Shown: positions 1-9,294 of the stretch, one piece after another
How positions within the stretch are numbered: position 1 is the stretch's first letter
Layout: every line of letters begins with the position of its first letter
Assembly (NCBI GenBank): GCA_963813715.1
Contig: CAWFAK010000009.1
Span: 512,001-576,000 of the forward strand
Source: an uncultured Planctomycetaceae bacterium
GTDB taxonomy: Bacteria > Planctomycetota > Planctomycetia > Planctomycetales > Planctomycetaceae
Direction: 5' to 3'
DNA length: 64,000 bases
The notes under the pieces: generated by a model
The model's database searches: none
What the model was told of the DNA's origin: nothing
What the model saw: the letters and a program-made list of their open reading frames with translations, nothing else
Program-made: the position numbers and the translations under genes

Positions 1-1
1 A

Positions 2-517
2 TCGTTACGGCACCATTTTCCCGGTCCGATCGAAGACTGGGTCGTGGCGTACGGACATCAGGTGTTTTATCCACGGTCCGACGCTCAGGACCACCCGCTG
101 CCCATGCTGCCCGACGTTCCCTGGGCGCCGCAAACGGCGATGCAGCGCGAGCTGAGCGGCTACCTGACCGGCGCGACGCAAACCATGGTGACGACGCAAG
201 GCACGCATCTCGAAGAAATGCGGACCGAGCATGTCGATTACGACCCGCTCAACCACGATCCGCTCTTTATCCTGCGGATGATCACTTTTCACAGCGAGGC
301 CGGCGGTACGCTCTACACGGGCTTGGGCAACGGCGCCTTGCGGCAGTTCGATTGGAGCCCGCTGCTGGAGCTGAACCGGGCCGTGCTCGTCGGCCGCGTC
401 CGCCGTCCGCTGACCCGCTGGCAAGTCGACGGCCAGACCGTCGATGCCGATCAGAGTTACACCCTCGTGCGCATCGTGCTTCCGGTGAAGCCGGTACGCT
501 ACCAGGAAGAGAACTAA
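2..517 (+). CDS. hypothetical protein, C-terminal part (5' end outside window)
   Basis: Frame open from position 2 to TAA at 517; high-GC codon usage; directly upstream of the ABC ATPase. Confidence 0.75.
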   Translation, partial: SLRHHFPGPIEDWVVAYGHQVFYPRSDAQDHPLPMLPDVPWAPQTAMQRELSGYLTGATQTMVTTQGTHLEEMRTEHVDYDPLNHDPLFILRMITFHSEAGGTLYTGLGNGALRQFDWSPLLELNRAVLVGRVRRPLTRWQVDGQTVDADQSYTLVRIVLPVKPVRYQEEN

Positions 518-609
518 CACCCAGAGAATAACGCCGTCGTGCCGGCCCGTTGCTGCCACCGCAGATCGACCCCCTAACGCCGATTGATGCCGGAGACCGA
601 GGACCAAAC

Positions 610-1536
610 GTGATCGAGACCCGCAAGCTGACCAAGCGCTACGGCAACCTGATCGCCGCCAACGAAATCGACCTCAAGCTCGATGATGGCGATGTCTTCG
701 GGTTCATCGGTCCCAACGGATCGGGCAAAACCACGACGATGCGGATGATCGCCACGCTGCTCAACCCCGACTACGGCGAGGCCTACGTCTGCGGCAAGTC
801 GATCTATACCGACCCGCAGGAAATCCGCCGCCTGGTCGGCTACATGCCCGACTTCTTCGGCGTGTACGACGACATGACGGTGATGGAGTATCTCGAGTTC
901 TTCGCCTCGGCCTATCGCATCAACGGCTCATCGCGGCGGAAAGTGTGCGAGGAAAAACTCGAGCTGGTCGACATGTCGTTCAAGCGCGATGCGATGGTCA
1001 ACCAGCTCTCTCGCGGACAGACGCAACGCATCGGCCTGGCCCGCACGCTCCTGCACGAGCCGCAGGTGCTCCTGCTCGACGAACCGGCGAGCGGCCTCGA
1101 CCCGCGGGCCCGCATTGAAATCCGCAACCTGCTCAAGCGGCTGGGCGAGCTCAACAAGACGATCATCGTCTCTAGCCACATCCTCCCCGAGCTGGCCGAC
1201 GTCTGCACGCGGGTCGGCATGATCGAGAAGGGACACATGATCGTCGACGGTTATGTCGACGAAGTCATGCGGAAGGCCCGCGAAGCACTGATGCTGCACA
1301 TCCGCGTCACCGGCGACCCCGACCCGGCCGCCAGGCTGCTCGAGCAGTGCGACGGAGTGCGGACCGTCGCCATCAAAAACGGCCTGATCATGGCCACGCT
1401 CAAAAAGGACACGTTCGACTACAGCGAACTGCCGACCCGCCTGCTCGAAGCCGGCTTCAAGATCAAGCTCTTCCGCGAGGAAGAGGTCAACCTCGAGACG
1501 GCCTTCATGGAACTGACGAAGGGCAAGCAGCAGTAG
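610..1536 (+). CDS. ABC transporter ATP-binding protein (DrrA/CcmA-like)
   Basis: Walker A GPNGSGKTT, signature LSRGQ, Walker B LLLDEP, H-loop SSH; likely GTG start at 610. Confidence 0.95.
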   Translation: MIETRKLTKRYGNLIAANEIDLKLDDGDVFGFIGPNGSGKTTTMRMIATLLNPDYGEAYVCGKSIYTDPQEIRRLVGYMPDFFGVYDDMTVMEYLEFFASAYRINGSSRRKVCEEKLELVDMSFKRDAMVNQLSRGQTQRIGLARTLLHEPQVLLLDEPASGLDPRARIEIRNLLKRLGELNKTIIVSSHILPELADVCTRVGMIEKGHMIVDGYVDEVMRKAREALMLHIRVTGDPDPAARLLEQCDGVRTVAIKNGLIMATLKKDTFDYSELPTRLLEAGFKIKLFREEEVNLETAFMELTKGKQQ

Positions 1537-1564
1537 AGCCGGTTGCGCGCGACGGTAGTTCCGA

Positions 1565-1594
1565 GGGTGACACTGGCGGCTTGTCCGCCAGTGT
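1565..1594. repeat. REP-like palindrome family 1, left copy of inverted pair
   Basis: GGGTGACACTGGCGG-CTTGT-CCGCCAGTGT; reverse complement of 1910-1939 with one mismatch; related copies at 16608, 23920, 23988. Confidence 0.9.
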
Positions 1595-1717
1595 TTTGAG
1601 CTGTTCGCGGCTGGCGACGAAATCAGTGGTGCGTCTATCGCAGAATTGCGTCTTTCGCAGAATGTCGGGTGCCATGTCCACTGGTTTCGGTGGGCATGCG
1701 CAACCGGAGCGGAAAAC

Positions 1718-1951
1718 ATGCCCACGCCAAGCGAGTTTATCCGTCAGGTGCTGCGCGAGAAAAAGGAACGCCTGGAGGCGGCCCGGATTCGGGACGCAAT
1801 TATCCAGGGTTATCAGGACGCAATCGCTGGCCGCACGGTCATCTATCGAGGCAACTTGCGTCGCTTGCTGAAGAAGGTGCCCGAATTGAGTGCCGCAACC
1901 GGCTTTCAGACACTGGCGGACAAGCCGCCAGTGCCACCCGAGGAACGCTAG
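1718..1951 (+). pseudogene. truncated ParD-like (ribbon-helix-helix) antitoxin fragment
   Basis: TPSEFIRQVLREKKERLEAARIRDAIIQGYQD resembles the ParD/CopG second helix and tail; N-terminal strand missing; no toxin gene; ORF runs into the REP. Confidence 0.55.
1910..1939. repeat. REP-like palindrome family 1, right copy of inverted pair
   Basis: ACACTGGCGG-ACAAG-CCGCCAGTGCCACCC. Confidence 0.9.
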
Positions 1952-2325
1952 CGTCCTGCCGCTTTCTCGTTCCGCAGCACCATGCAGGTCGAGCTGAGCT
2001 TGGCCACGACCCGCTGGCGTTCGTCGGTCACGTCGCACTCCACGTAGCCGACGGTGCGGCCGCGGTGGACGACGTGGGCTTCGGCTTTCAAGAGGGCGTT
2101 CCAGACCGGTCGCAGGAAATTGATTCGCAGGTCGACCGTGGTGAACGTTTCCCCTTCGCGCAGCGTGGAGGCGAAGGCGTAGCCCATCGCGGCGTCGCCG
2201 ATGTCGCAGAGAATGCCGCCGTGCAGCGTGCCCATCGGGTTGGCGTGTTGCGGGCCGGCTTGCAGCGTCATCACGGCGCGGCCGTCGCCTCCGGAGGTGA
2301 TCTCAAAACCGACCAGCTCGGCCAC
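1948..2325 (-). CDS. PaaI family thioesterase (hotdog fold)
   Basis: NPMGTLHGGILCDIGDAAMG and TVDLRINFLRPV motifs; true start may be near 2406 with a frameshift. Confidence 0.9.
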   Translation of the reverse strand: MAELVGFEITSGGDGRAVMTLQAGPQHANPMGTLHGGILCDIGDAAMGYAFASTLREGETFTTVDLRINFLRPVWNALLKAEAHVVHRGRTVGYVECDVTDERQRVVAKLSSTCMVLRNEKAAGR

Positions 2326-2576
2326 CGGCGCGTGGGGGCAGGGGACGTGGCGGCCGTTCGGCGGGAGTCTCGTTCGAACCGCTTTCTTCCGAACCGGGGC
2401 TCATCGCCGGTGTCTTTCTTCGCGTCGGGGGTGAAGGGACGTTTCGAGATGCGGGCCGCCGGGCAGAATTACCTATGCAGAATTGCCTGCGCAGAATTGT
2501 CGGATCGGCGACGCGCATGTTCTGCAAGCGGAATAGTGTATCGCTCGAGGTTGGCCTCTTTTCGCGGAGGTGATTT

Positions 2577-3389
2577 GTGGGTGTGCCGCTGCTCTTGGTC
2601 GATGCGTTTACCGACGGCCCGTTTTCCGGCAACCCGGCGGCCGTCTGCCTGCTGCCGGCGTGGCGGGACGATCGCTGGCTGCAGAGCCTGGCGGCCGAAA
2701 TGAAGCATTCGGAGACGGCCTACCTCGTGCGAAACGCCGACGGCTTCGATCTCCGCTGGTTTACGCCGGCCATCGAAGTCGCGTTATGCGGCCACGCCAC
2801 GCTGGCCTCGGCCCACGCGCTCTGGGAGCAGGGCGTGGTGCCCGGCGGACGCGGTGATTCGCTTTGCCACCAAGAGCGGCACGCTGACGGCCACTCCCCG
2901 CAACGGCCGGATCGAGCTCGACTTCCCCCTCAATCCGGAAGAGACCGTCGAGCCGCCGGCCGAGCTGTTGCCCGCGCTCGGCGTTACGGCCCGCTACGTC
3001 GGCAAGAGCCGCTTCGATTACCTCGTCGAAGTCGAGTCCGAGGCGATCGTGCGAAAAATGACGCCCGATTTCCGGCGGCTGGCGAGCGCTCCCGTTCGCG
3101 GCACGATCGTCACCAGCCGTTCGAGCCGACCCGCGGTTCGATTTCGTCTCGCGGTTCTTCGCCCCGGCCGCGGGCATCGACGAGGACCCAGTCACCGGCT
3201 CGGCCCATTGCTGCCTGGCCGCGTACTGGCAGAAACGGCTGGGCAAGAACGAGTTCGTCGCGTACCAGGCGTCGCCCCGCGGCGGTATCGTGCACGTTCG
3301 CGTCGTTGACGATCGGGTGCTGCTTGGGCGGCCAGGCCGTCACCGTGCTCAAGGGCGAACTGAGCGGCCGCACGGTCGAAAGCGGGTAG
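2577..3389 (+). CDS. PhzF family isomerase (frameshifted in this sequence)
   Basis: [28 protein letters not shown], then [23 protein letters not shown] in successive frames; shifts near 2855, 3135, 3325. Confidence 0.9.
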   Translation: MGVPLLLVDAFTDGPFSGNPAAVCLLPAWRDDRWLQSLAAEMKHSETAYLVRNADGFDLRWFTPAIEVALCGHATLASAHALWEQGVVPGGRGDSLCHQERHADGHSPQRPDRARLPPQSGRDRRAAGRAVARARRYGPLRRQEPLRLPRRSRVRGDRAKNDARFPAAGERSRSRHDRHQPFEPTRGSISSRGSSPRPRASTRTQSPARPIAAWPRTGRNGWARTSSSRTRRRPAAVSCTFASLTIGCCLGGQAVTVLKGELSGRTVESG

Positions 3390-3437
3390 GCGCTGAGGCG
3401 AAAGCCCGGACTAGCCGGGGTGTCAGGGGGATTGAAC

Positions 3438-4628
3438 GTGACTTCACCGGCCACAGAAATTCTTCCCGATGGGACGCCTATTCTGGACCGGGAGGCCCCG
3501 CTTCCTCCCCGAGCCGTGCCCGGTTCAGGCTTGAACGTGGTGCTGGCGGTCTGGTCTGGCATTGTCCTCATCGTTGTGGCTAGTTGGCTCCTCGATCGCC
3601 CGCCGATTCTGCGCCGCTGGTTCGAGACGGTTCTTCGCCCTTGGTTCTTGGAGCAGAGGGCAGGAATAGGGATCGTCGGGCTTGTCCTTTCGGCGCTCGC
3701 GGCGTTTTACGCGATGCTTGTCATTCACGAGCTGGGACATCTGATCGCGGGATTGTGCGTGGGCTTTCGTTGCCGGTCCTTTCGGGTCGGGCCGGTGCTG
3801 GTCGACCGTCCGTTGCGGGTGTCGTTCTATCGAGGGCCGGGCGCGGTCGTTCAAGGCGTCGCTGAGCTGGTTCCCGGCGTCACCGACAAGCTCGCCTGGC
3901 GCGGCGTGGCAATGGTGGCGGGCGGACCGGTCGCGAACTTTCTGACCGCGATGGTCGTGCTGCTGTTGCCCTTTCCGTTCACCGCCTTTTCCGGATTGCT
4001 CATTGCGTTCTCGATTGCAAATGGCGTGAGTGACCTGGTCCCGTTTGAAAGCCGCTTAGGTGTTTCCGACGGCCGACGAATCTGGATGCTGTTGCGGCAA
4101 CCCGAGTGCGGCGAACGCTGGCTCGCGCTGTTGCGTCTGGGTGGCGAACTGGCCGACGGCGTGCTGCCGGAATCGCTTTCCGCCGACTTCCTGGCCAAAG
4201 CCATCGTGGTGCGTGACGCTTCGTCGGACACTGTGAAAGCGTATGCGATGGCCTTCTCGGCAGCCTTTCATCAGCACCAGGACAGCGATGCGGCTCATCG
4301 GCTGGAGACGTGCCTGACGTATTCCGACTCTGCCACGCCCGTGTTGCGCGAAGCGCTGATGAGCGAGGCTGCCGTCTTTCAGGCGAGGAGGCGGAGGCGC
4401 GCCGAGCTGGCGGAACAATGGCTCGCCGGTATCCCGGTCAACACGCCGCACCGGTGGTTTCGGTCCCGAGCCGAGGCCGCCATCCTGGAGGCCAAAGGCG
4501 ACATCAACGGGGCGCTGAATAAACTGGCCGAGACCGAGACGGCGATGCTCGCGCTCCCCAAGAATGCACAGCGCGAGACATCCCTCCGATTGCTCGACAG
4601 GTGGAAGGCCGATTTGCGCCCTGCTTGA
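3438..4628 (+). CDS. M50 family (site-2) membrane metallopeptidase with C-terminal helical domain
   Basis: HELGH in a TM segment, AGGPVAN, DLVPF...SDG motif; AGGGGG upstream of GTG 3438. Confidence 0.85.
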   Translation: MTSPATEILPDGTPILDREAPLPPRAVPGSGLNVVLAVWSGIVLIVVASWLLDRPPILRRWFETVLRPWFLEQRAGIGIVGLVLSALAAFYAMLVIHELGHLIAGLCVGFRCRSFRVGPVLVDRPLRVSFYRGPGAVVQGVAELVPGVTDKLAWRGVAMVAGGPVANFLTAMVVLLLPFPFTAFSGLLIAFSIANGVSDLVPFESRLGVSDGRRIWMLLRQPECGERWLALLRLGGELADGVLPESLSADFLAKAIVVRDASSDTVKAYAMAFSAAFHQHQDSDAAHRLETCLTYSDSATPVLREALMSEAAVFQARRRRRAELAEQWLAGIPVNTPHRWFRSRAEAAILEAKGDINGALNKLAETETAMLALPKNAQRETSLRLLDRWKADLRPA

Positions 4629-4640
4629 GCGCGCCGGCGA

Positions 4641-6068
4641 TCAGTCGCCGTTGAGACCGCTGTCGGTGAGCTTTTGTCGCAGCGTGGCGCGGTGGATGCC
4701 CAGCACCTTGGCGGCCGCGGCGCGGTTGCCGCCGCACCGTGCGAGGACCGCTTTGAGCAGCGGCGGTTCGACGACGCGGAGGAATCGTTCGAGCAGATCG
4801 CCGCCGGTGGACATCGGCTGCGTCGCGCTCGGCTTCTCGGTCGAGTTGCTCGGTCGTCCAGTTCGCTGTGGCGAGTTGTAATTCCTCGGCCGACGTGCGG
4901 ACGACTTTGGCGGACGTGGCTGAGGCGGGGGCGAAGTGATCGGCCTCGATCTCGCCGCCGCGGGCCATGAGGGCCGCGCGCTCGACGGCGTTTCGCAGCT
5001 CGCGGACGTTGCCCGGCCAGCGGCGTGAGGCCAGTTCGGCCAGGGCGCCCGCGGACAAATCGGGCGTTCGTCCGTCGCCGGTCGCTGTTCGCAAAAAGGC
5101 CCGAGCCAAGAGCGGAATGTCTTCGACCCGCTCGCGGAGGGGCGGCACGTGAATGTGGAATACGCCGAGCCGATAGAAGAGGTCCTCGCGGAACTCGCCT
5201 TGCGCGACCAAGCTCGCCGAGCGCCCGATGCGTGGCGGCCAGCACGCGAAAATCGGTGCGGCGGGCCCGCGCGTCGCCCACCGGCGTCACTTCGTGCTGC
5301 TCGATGGCCCGCAACAATTTCACTTGCACGGGGAGCGGCACGTCGCCGATTTCGTCCAAGAACACGGTGCCGCCGTCGGCCAGCTCGAGCAGACCTTGCC
5401 GCGCCTGCTCGGCCCCCGTGAACGCGCCGCGGACGTGGCCGAACAGCTCGCTCTCGATCACGCCCTCGCTGAGCGCGGCCAGACACGTCGGCAGAAACGG
5501 AGCGTCCTTGCGGCGGCTGTGCCGATGAATGGCCTGGGCGACCAGCTCCTTGCCGGTGCCGCTTTCGCCCGTGATCAGCACGGGAACATCGGACGGAGCG
5601 ACGAGCGCGATCTGCTTGAAGACCGCCTGCATCGCGGGGGACGTGCCGATGAAGATTTCGGACACGCTGGCGGGTTCTTCCGCCGCCGGCTCGGCAGCGA
5701 TGGCCATCGGAACGCCGCAGCGCCCGCCGCAGCACGTCGCAAATCTGCTCGAGGTCGAAGGGTTTCGTCAGATAGTCGTAGGCCCCTTCTTCCAGCGCGC
5801 GGACGGCCGTGTCGAGATTGCCGAACGCCGTGATCACGATGATCGGCGCGGGGCCGATGCGGCGACGCAAATCCTGAATCGTCGACAGCCCGTCCCGCCC
5901 GGGCAAACGGACGTCGAGCACGACGGCATCGGGCACCGACCGGTCGGCCAGCTCGAGCGCCTCTTCGGCCGACGACGCCACGCTCACGTCGTAGCCCTCG
6001 TCGGTCAAGAGCTCGCGAAAGCCCCAGCAAATGCTCGGCTCGTCGTCGACGATCAACACGTGGCTCAT
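4641..6068 (-). CDS. sigma-54-dependent response regulator (NtrC/AtoC family), frameshifted in this sequence
   Basis: Receiver VLIVDDE/LDVRLP/KPF; AAA GESGTGKE, ELFGH, GAFTGA, FLDEIG, WPGNVRELRN; Fis-type HTH LGIHRATLRQKL. Confidence 0.93.
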   Translation of the reverse strand: MSHVLIVDDEPSICWGFRELLTDEGYDVSVASSAEEALELADRSVPDAVVLDVRLPGRDGLSTIQDLRRRIGPAPIIVITAFGNLDTAVRALEEGAYDYLTKPFDLEQICDVLRRALRRSDGHRCRAGGGRTRQRVRNLHRHVPRDAGGLQADRARRSVRCSRADHGRKRHRQGAGRPGHSSAQPPQGRSVSADVSGRAQRGRDRERAVRPRPRRVHGGRAGAARSARAGRRRHRVLGRNRRRAAPRASEIVAGHRAARSDAGGRRAGPPHRFSRAGRHASGARRAWSRKASSARTSSIGSAYSTFTCRPSASGSKTFRSWLGPFCEQRPATDERPICPRAPWPNWPHAAGRATSASCETPSSARPSWPAAARSRPITSPPPQPRPPKSSARRPRNYNSPQRTGRPSNSTEKPSATQPMSTGGDLLERFLRVVEPPLLKAVLARCGGNRAAAAKVLGIHRATLRQKLTDSGLNGD

Positions 6069-6069
6069 G

Positions 6070-7575
6070 TCAGTCTCGCACGGAGTTCTCGGCCGCGGCC
6101 CGGCTCTCGCCCTGAGGCGAGACGGCGGCAACCGTTGTGGAGAGATGCGTTTCGCGCTCGGTCGCGGCTTCAGTCATGGCGATCGGCCGCGCACGTTCGG
6201 CCGGAGGCGATGTCGGACGCTCGGCCGCCAGCGACATCGTGAATTGCGTTTGTCCGTCGACTCGTGCGAACGTCAGGCTGCCGCCGTGCTCTTCGGCCGC
6301 CGCCTTCGCCAGCGCGAGCCCGAGGCCGATGCCTTCCGGCTTGGACGTGATAAAAGGCTCGAACATTGACGAGTGCAACGACTCGGGCGGACCGCTGCCC
6401 GAATCGGCGACGTGAATCTGCACGTGGGGTCCGGTCCGCTCGGTCGACAGCCGCACGCGTCCGCTGCTGCCGGCCGCCTGCACGCCGTTGAGAACGAGGT
6501 TCAAGAGCCCGGCTCGCACGCTGTGGGCGTTGGCGACGGTGGGATCGTCATCGGCCGCGGGTGGCTCGCACTCCCAGGCGACGTGTCCGTGCCGCGCCGC
6601 GGGCGCGACGAGCCGATCGACCTCCGCCACAATTCGTGAGAGTGGCTGCGCGACGGGGGGCTGCTGTTCCGGCTTGCCCAGCGAGAGGAAGCCGCGAACC
6701 TGCTCTTCCGTGAGCGACAATTGCCGCAGGGCCACGTCGAGGCTTTCGTCGTGCTGTCGCGGACAGCGGCGCTGATGCAGCTGCACGGCCATCCGCGCGC
6801 CGGTCACCGAGTTGCGGAGCTGATGAGCCAGGCCGCCGGCGAGTTGTGCGAGCAAGCGCAACCGCTCGGTGCGGGCGATTTCTTCCTGGTTCGAGGCGAG
6901 CCGGTCGGAGAGTCGATTGGCGGACAAGATGAGGTCATAGATTTCGTCGAGCGGCCGCTGTGCGTCAACGTGGCCGAAATGACCATCGGCCAGCCGGGCG
7001 AACAGTCCCTGCACGGCTTCGATCCGCCGCGCCAACCGCTGCGACAGCCAGGCCGAGACGGCCACCATCAGCAAGATGGTCACGCCGCCGATTGCCAAAG
7101 GCGGCCAGGCCGCCGCCCACTGCGCTTGCCACAAGTTCGACTTGGGATAGAGCACCAACAGCGAGTGCACGCCCGCGTTGGCGTGACCTTTTAATACGGC
7201 CAGGTAATAAGGTTGGCCGCCGACGCCGATCACCTGGAAATCTTCCAGGCGAGTGGGCGGACCGGTGACGGGCAGGCGGGCGGGCAGATCGCTCGCGCGG
7301 ACCGACGTGCCGAGCGTCGAGGTGACGATGGCGCCGCGCTCGTCGAGCGCCACATACTCGGCGCCGGAGAGGCCCCGCATCTTGGTGAGCACGTTTTCGG
7401 TGAAGGGGAAGCTCGCGTCGTTCAGCGTCGCCACGACCCGTTCGACGCGCTCCATCCGTTCGCGGCTGCTGCGCCTCGCGGCGACGGCCGCCAACAGCAC
7501 GGCAATCGAGGCGATCGCCACCAACAGGAGCGTCGCGACGGGCAGAAAAATTTGATTGCGGATCGGCCAGCGCAT
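6070..7575 (-). CDS. membrane sensor histidine kinase (HAMP-HisKA-HATPase)
   Basis: Two TM segments, H-box LAHQLRN, N-box NLVLNG, DSGSG, G-box GIGLGL; immediately upstream of the response regulator. Confidence 0.93.
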   Translation of the reverse strand: MRWPIRNQIFLPVATLLLVAIASIAVLLAAVAARRSSRERMERVERVVATLNDASFPFTENVLTKMRGLSGAEYVALDERGAIVTSTLGTSVRASDLPARLPVTGPPTRLEDFQVIGVGGQPYYLAVLKGHANAGVHSLLVLYPKSNLWQAQWAAAWPPLAIGGVTILLMVAVSAWLSQRLARRIEAVQGLFARLADGHFGHVDAQRPLDEIYDLILSANRLSDRLASNQEEIARTERLRLLAQLAGGLAHQLRNSVTGARMAVQLHQRRCPRQHDESLDVALRQLSLTEEQVRGFLSLGKPEQQPPVAQPLSRIVAEVDRLVAPAARHGHVAWECEPPAADDDPTVANAHSVRAGLLNLVLNGVQAAGSSGRVRLSTERTGPHVQIHVADSGSGPPESLHSSMFEPFITSKPEGIGLGLALAKAAAEEHGGSLTFARVDGQTQFTMSLAAERPTSPPAERARPIAMTEAATERETHLSTTVAAVSPQGESRAAAENSVRD

Positions 7576-7687
7576 CTAATAGTCGATGTGGCGTGTGACG
7601 TCGTGCACTTGGCAGGGGGCGGCTTGGTTTCATCATAGTGCTGCCGAGTGCGTCTGCACACGGGCGGAAGCCGGCCGACGCTGACGA

Positions 7688-7713
7688 TTTTTCTGCCTCG
7701 CGCGGCGGAAAAA
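7688..7713. promoter_or_regulatory. candidate enhancer (UAS) for a sigma-54 activator
   Basis: Inverted repeat TTTTTCTGCC-N6-GGCGGAAAAA about 60-85 bp upstream of a putative -24 element. Confidence 0.4.
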
Positions 7714-7771
7714 GCACCCCCGGAACGCGTCGGTCGCGCAAAAGAGCGGCTTTCCGAACGGTCGAACCCCG

Positions 7772-7786
7772 CGGCACGCCATTTGT
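7772..7786 (+). promoter_or_regulatory. candidate sigma-54 (-24/-12) promoter
   Basis: CGGCACG-CCAT-TTGT versus consensus TGGCACG-N4-TTGC; divergent from the NtrC-family regulator. Confidence 0.5.
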
Positions 7787-7900
7787 TACGTGATGGGTGG
7801 AGAGCTGCCCTCTGTCGAATCGTTGGCTCGATTCGTCCCCGTGACGCGTGATCCCCGCGTCGTCCATAGTGTGATCCAAAACGGCGATACGGTCGGCAAC

Positions 7901-8179
7901 ATGAGCCCCGCCAAACGAACGATGACCGGTGTCGGACGCCTGCTGGGCCTGGCGTGTCTCGCGCTGTTGGCGAGCGTCGCTTTGAGCGGCTGCGGCAGCA
8001 AGCCCGGCTATCCGACCGCTAAGCCCGTCGCCGTGCTCGATCAGCCGGGTGAGTGCGCCTATTGCCGCAAGAAGATCGAGCGGGTCACCGAAGACAACCT
8101 GCTGACGTACGATGGCGTGCAGTACATCGTGTGCAGCGAAGAATGTGCGGCGAAGCAGAAAATCGCCGCCGACCGTTAG
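7901..8179 (+). CDS. small lipoprotein with Cys-rich (TRASH/YHS-like) domain
   Basis: Lipobox LSGC; CAYC...CSEEC pattern; 14 bp upstream of the DUF1559 gene. Confidence 0.7.
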   Translation: MSPAKRTMTGVGRLLGLACLALLASVALSGCGSKPGYPTAKPVAVLDQPGECAYCRKKIERVTEDNLLTYDGVQYIVCSEECAAKQKIAADR

Positions 8180-8193
8180 CAAAAGGGCCCTTG

Positions 8194-9159
8194 ATGCGCA
8201 GGCGAGTTGGTTTCACCCTGATCGAACTGTTGGTCGTCATCGCGATTATCGCCGTGCTGATCTCGCTGCTCTTGCCGGCAGTGCAGGCGGCCCGCGAAGC
8301 CGCGCGACGGACGCAGTGTCGCAACAACATCAAGCAGTTCGTGCTGGCGCTGCACAACTATCACGAAACCAACCACATGCTGCCGCCCGGCCACCTGGAA
8401 ACGGGCATGGAGAATCCGCTCCCCGGACAGCCCTCGGGGCAGCACCAGATCGGCTGGTTGACCTACATCTTGCCGCAGTTGGAGCAGCAGGCGCTCTACA
8501 AGATGATTCCGTTCAACGAAATCAATTTCAGCCTCAACATCAACAAGAACACGTACTTTCTTCCGGCGGCCGGACACGTGGTCGGCATGTTCATTTGCCC
8601 CAGCGATCCGATGAAGCTCGTGAACCTGGCGACGGCGCCCGCCAACTACATGGCCAATCAAGGGATCAATTGCATGTGCGAGTTCAGCACGTGCAGCGGC
8701 GTCTTCGGGCACAGCACGTTCACCAAGTTTGCCTGGATCACCGACGGCCTCTCCACGACGATCGCCGTCAGCGAAACGCTGCGGGGAGACAACAACGTGG
8801 CCACGCTGGGTGACAACTACATCTCGACCAGCTCGACGTCGGTCAACGCGCAGGACGTAACCACCTGCCAGTCGCTCGCCCCGAATGCGTCGGACCGAGG
8901 CCTTTCGTGGATCGGCGGACAGCCGCAGTACAACATGTTCAGCACCAATCGCGTGCCGAACGACGTGTTGTACGACTGCCGAGCCCCGAACTACGGCTGC
9001 ACGAACATGGCGGCCCGCAGCGCGCATCCAATGGGCGTGGTCGTCGGCATGTGCGACGGCTCGGTGCAGTTCATGTCCCAAAACATCGACCTAACAACTT
9101 ATCAGGCGCTGGGCACCCGCAGCGGCGGCGAAATGGTCAACGCGAACAACGGCGATTAG
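8194..9159 (+). CDS. DUF1559 protein with prepilin-type N-terminal cleavage/methylation motif
   Basis: GFTLIELLVVIAIIAVLISLLLPAVQAAREAARR, FICPSD, C-terminal H-X9-DG (HPMGVVVGMCDG). Confidence 0.96.
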   Translation: MRRRVGFTLIELLVVIAIIAVLISLLLPAVQAAREAARRTQCRNNIKQFVLALHNYHETNHMLPPGHLETGMENPLPGQPSGQHQIGWLTYILPQLEQQALYKMIPFNEINFSLNINKNTYFLPAAGHVVGMFICPSDPMKLVNLATAPANYMANQGINCMCEFSTCSGVFGHSTFTKFAWITDGLSTTIAVSETLRGDNNVATLGDNYISTSSTSVNAQDVTTCQSLAPNASDRGLSWIGGQPQYNMFSTNRVPNDVLYDCRAPNYGCTNMAARSAHPMGVVVGMCDGSVQFMSQNIDLTTYQALGTRSGGEMVNANNGD

Positions 9160-9192
9160 TAGGCAATCCCGTCGCAATTTCGAGTTGAGCAG

Positions 9193-9282
9193 GATTTTCA
9201 CCACAAAGACACGAAGGCACGAAGAATTCTGAAATTCTGTTAGGGATTTACTTAGTGCCTTTGTGTCTTTGTGGTGAAAATC
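9193..9282. repeat. 90-bp hairpin with octamer-repeat arms; possible bidirectional terminator
   Basis: GATTTTCAC-CACAAAGA-CACGAAGG-CACGAAG...CTTAGTG-CCTTTGTG-TCTTTGTG-GTGAAAATC between convergent genes. Confidence 0.85.
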
Positions 9283-9294
9283 TCCGTGTGCTTT

